Below are positions 62,301 through 64,000 of a stretch of DNA of 64,000 nucleotides, piece by piece; the stretch's first letter is position 1, and each line of letters starts with the position of its first letter. The position numbers and the translations under genes were made by a program. Origin of the DNA: Eledone cirrhosa. Lineage: Eukaryota. Below the pieces are notes generated by a model. The model was not told the origin of the DNA. It worked only from the letters and a program-made list of their open reading frames with translations, and did no database searches. Where the stretch lies: positions 124,001-188,000 of the forward strand of contig CAXHJY010000397.1 in NCBI GenBank assembly GCA_964016885.1. The letters run 5' to 3'.

Positions 62301-64000
62301 CTTAGCTTAGGATAGCTTAGGATAGCTTACCTTAGGAGAGCTTAGCTTAGGATAGCTTAGCTTAGGATAGCTTAGGATAGCTTAGCTTAGGATAGCTTAG
62401 CTTAGGATAGCTTAGCTTAGGATAGCTTAGGATAGCTTAGCTTAGCTTAGCTTAGGATAGCTTAGCTTAGCTTAGCTTAGCTTAGGATAGCTTAGCTTAG
62501 GTTAGCTTAGCTTAGCTTAGCTTAGCTTAGGATAGCTTAGCTTAGGATAGCTTAGGATAGCTTAGGATAGCTTAGCTTAGGATAGCTTAGCTTAGGATAG
62601 CTTAGGATAGCTTAGCTTAGGATAGCTTAGGATAGCTTAGCTTAGGATAGCTTAGCTTAGGATAGCTTAGGATAGCTTAGCTTAGCTTAGCTTAGGATAG
62701 CTTAGCTTAGCTTAGCTTAGGATAGCTTAGCTTAGCTTAGGATAGCTTAGCTTAGCTTAGCTTAGGATAGCTTAGGATAGCTTAGCTTAGGATAGCTTAG
62801 GATAGCTTAGCTTAGGATAGCTTAGGATAGCTTAGGATAGCTTAGCTTAGCTTAGCTTAGGATAGCTTAGCTTAGCTTAGCTTAGGATAGCTTAGCTTAG
62901 CTTAGCTTAGGATAGCTTAGCTTAGCTTAGGATAGCTTAGCTTAGCTTAGCTTAGGATAGCTTAGCTTAGCTTAGCTTAGGACAGCTTAGCTTAGCTTAG
63001 CTTAGGATAGCTTAGCTTAGCTTAGGATAGCTTAGCTTAGCTTAGCTTAGGATAGCTTAGCTTAGCTTAGCTTAGGATAGCTTAGCTTAGGATAGCTTAG
63101 CTTAGGATAGCTTAGCTTAGGTTAGCTTAGCTTAGCTTAGGATAGCTTAGGATAGCTTAGCTTAGGATAGCTTAGCTTAGCTTAGCTTAGCATAGCTTAG
63201 CTTAGCTTAGCTTAGGATAGCTTAGCTTAGCTTAGCTTAGGATAGCTTAGCTTAGCTTAGCTTAGGATAGCTTAGCTTAGGATAGCTTAGGATAGCTTAG
63301 CTTAGCTTAGGATAGCTTAGCTTAGCTTAGCTTAGGATAGCTTAGCTTAGCTTAGGATAGCTTAGCTTAGCTTAGCTTAGGATAGCTTAGCTTAGCTTAG
63401 CTTAGGATAGCTTAGCTTAGCTTAGCTTAGGATAGCTTAGGATAGCTTAGGATAGCTTAGCTTAGCTTAGCTTAGGATAGCTTAGCTTAGCTTAGCTTAG
63501 GATAGCTTAGCTTAGCTTAGGATAGCTTAGCTTAGCTTAGGATAGCTTAGCTTAGCTTAGCTTAGGATAGCTTAGCTTAGCTTAGCTTAGGATAGCTTAG
63601 CTTAGCTTAGCTTAGGATAGATTAGCTTAGCTTAGGATAGCTTAGCTTAGCTTAGCTTAGGAAAGCTTAGCTTAGCTTAGGATAGCTTAGCTTTGCTTAG
63701 CTTAGGATAGCTTAGGATAGCTTAGCTTAGGATAGCTTAGAATAGCTTAGCTTAGGATAGCTTAGGATAGCTTAGGTTAGGATAGCTTAGCTTAGGATAG
63801 CTTAGGATAGCTTAGCTTAGCTTAGCTTAGGATAGCTTAGCATAGCTTAGGATAGCTTAGCTTAGCTTAGGATAGCTTAGCTTAGCTTAGGATAGCTTAG
63901 CTTAGCTTAGCTTAGGATAGCTTAGCTTAGCTTAGCTTAGGATAGCTTAGCTTAGCTTAGCTTAGGATAGCTTAGGATAGCTTAGCCTAGCTTAGCTTAG
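50350..64000 (+). repeat. Second copy of the 23.6-23.8 kb-offset segment, truncated by the window end
   Basis: Offset falls stepwise 23761, 23757, 23712, 23642, 23637, mostly through whole-unit indels, while marker order is retained to the last 20 bp of the window. Confidence 0.92.

Larger units (their letters stand above)
1..64000 (+). repeat. Compound pentamer satellite array (TAGCT)n-TAGGA, open at both window edges
   Basis: Every position parses into TAGCT, TAGGA, one-substitution variants of them, or rare 4-bp units. No reverse-orientation tract and no non-satellite insertion seen. Confidence 0.99.

Noticed and set aside
1-64000. Protein-coding ORFs on either strand
   Set aside because: TAG every 5 bp closes each + frame about every 15 nt, and TAA recurs every 5-10 bp on the - strand. 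ATG appears only at a few variant units (about 5825, 11021, 24216, 42981, 47035, 48834).
1-64000. CRISPR array
   Set aside because: No unique spacers, no leader and no cas genes.
1-64000. Canonical telomere tract (TTAGG)n or (TTAGGC)n
   Set aside because: TTAGG is essentially never tandem (only rare TTAGGTTAGG, for example near 5563), and the exact multi-kb duplications indicate recombinational amplification.
1-64000. Synthetic binary-encoded DNA or a hidden message in the A/B pattern
   Set aside because: Nested imperfect duplications, inherited point variants and unit slippage fit natural satellite evolution. No adapters or index structure are present.
1-64000. G-quadruplex-forming array
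   Set aside because: Only GG doublets spaced 10-25 bp apart, and GGG only at isolated variants (for example 8765, 13417), so at most weak two-tier potential.
1-64000. Inversions, transposon insertions, promoters or terminators
   Set aside because: No reverse-strand tract or foreign sequence seen. Isolated CTAAG sites (for example 11105, 45103) are single T-to-A substitutions.
1-64000. Pure sequencing or base-calling artefact
   Set aside because: Rare variants recur collinearly across copies and indels are almost all the same inherited event, unlike random error. Copy number of the large duplications still needs read validation.

Overview
The whole 64 kb window is one uninterrupted, single-orientation satellite array built from two pentamers, A = TAGCT and B = TAGGA (about 40% GC), arranged as A(n)B with n usually 1-4. 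I see no unique sequence, gene, RNA gene, transposon or CRISPR array: TAG occurs every 5 bp on the + strand and TAA every 5-10 bp on the - strand, closing all six frames. The interesting content is hierarchical structure, read from rare variant pentamers by eye, so coordinates are accurate to a few bp and breakpoints to about 100 bp. The levels are: a 25-bp second-level period (AAAAB or ABAAB); a recurring module of about 2.6 kb tagged by TACCT and a 4-bp TAGG unit; local tandem duplications of about 1.8, 3.0 and 2.58 kb; a 13.2-13.4 kb tandem duplication; a 23.6-23.8 kb-offset duplication running off the right edge; and a more diverged block at about 44.6-50.3 kb. This looks like eukaryotic heterochromatic (centromeric, pericentromeric or subtelomeric) satellite, but organism and function cannot be determined from this window. 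I found no evidence of a protein-coding or RNA-based novel system.
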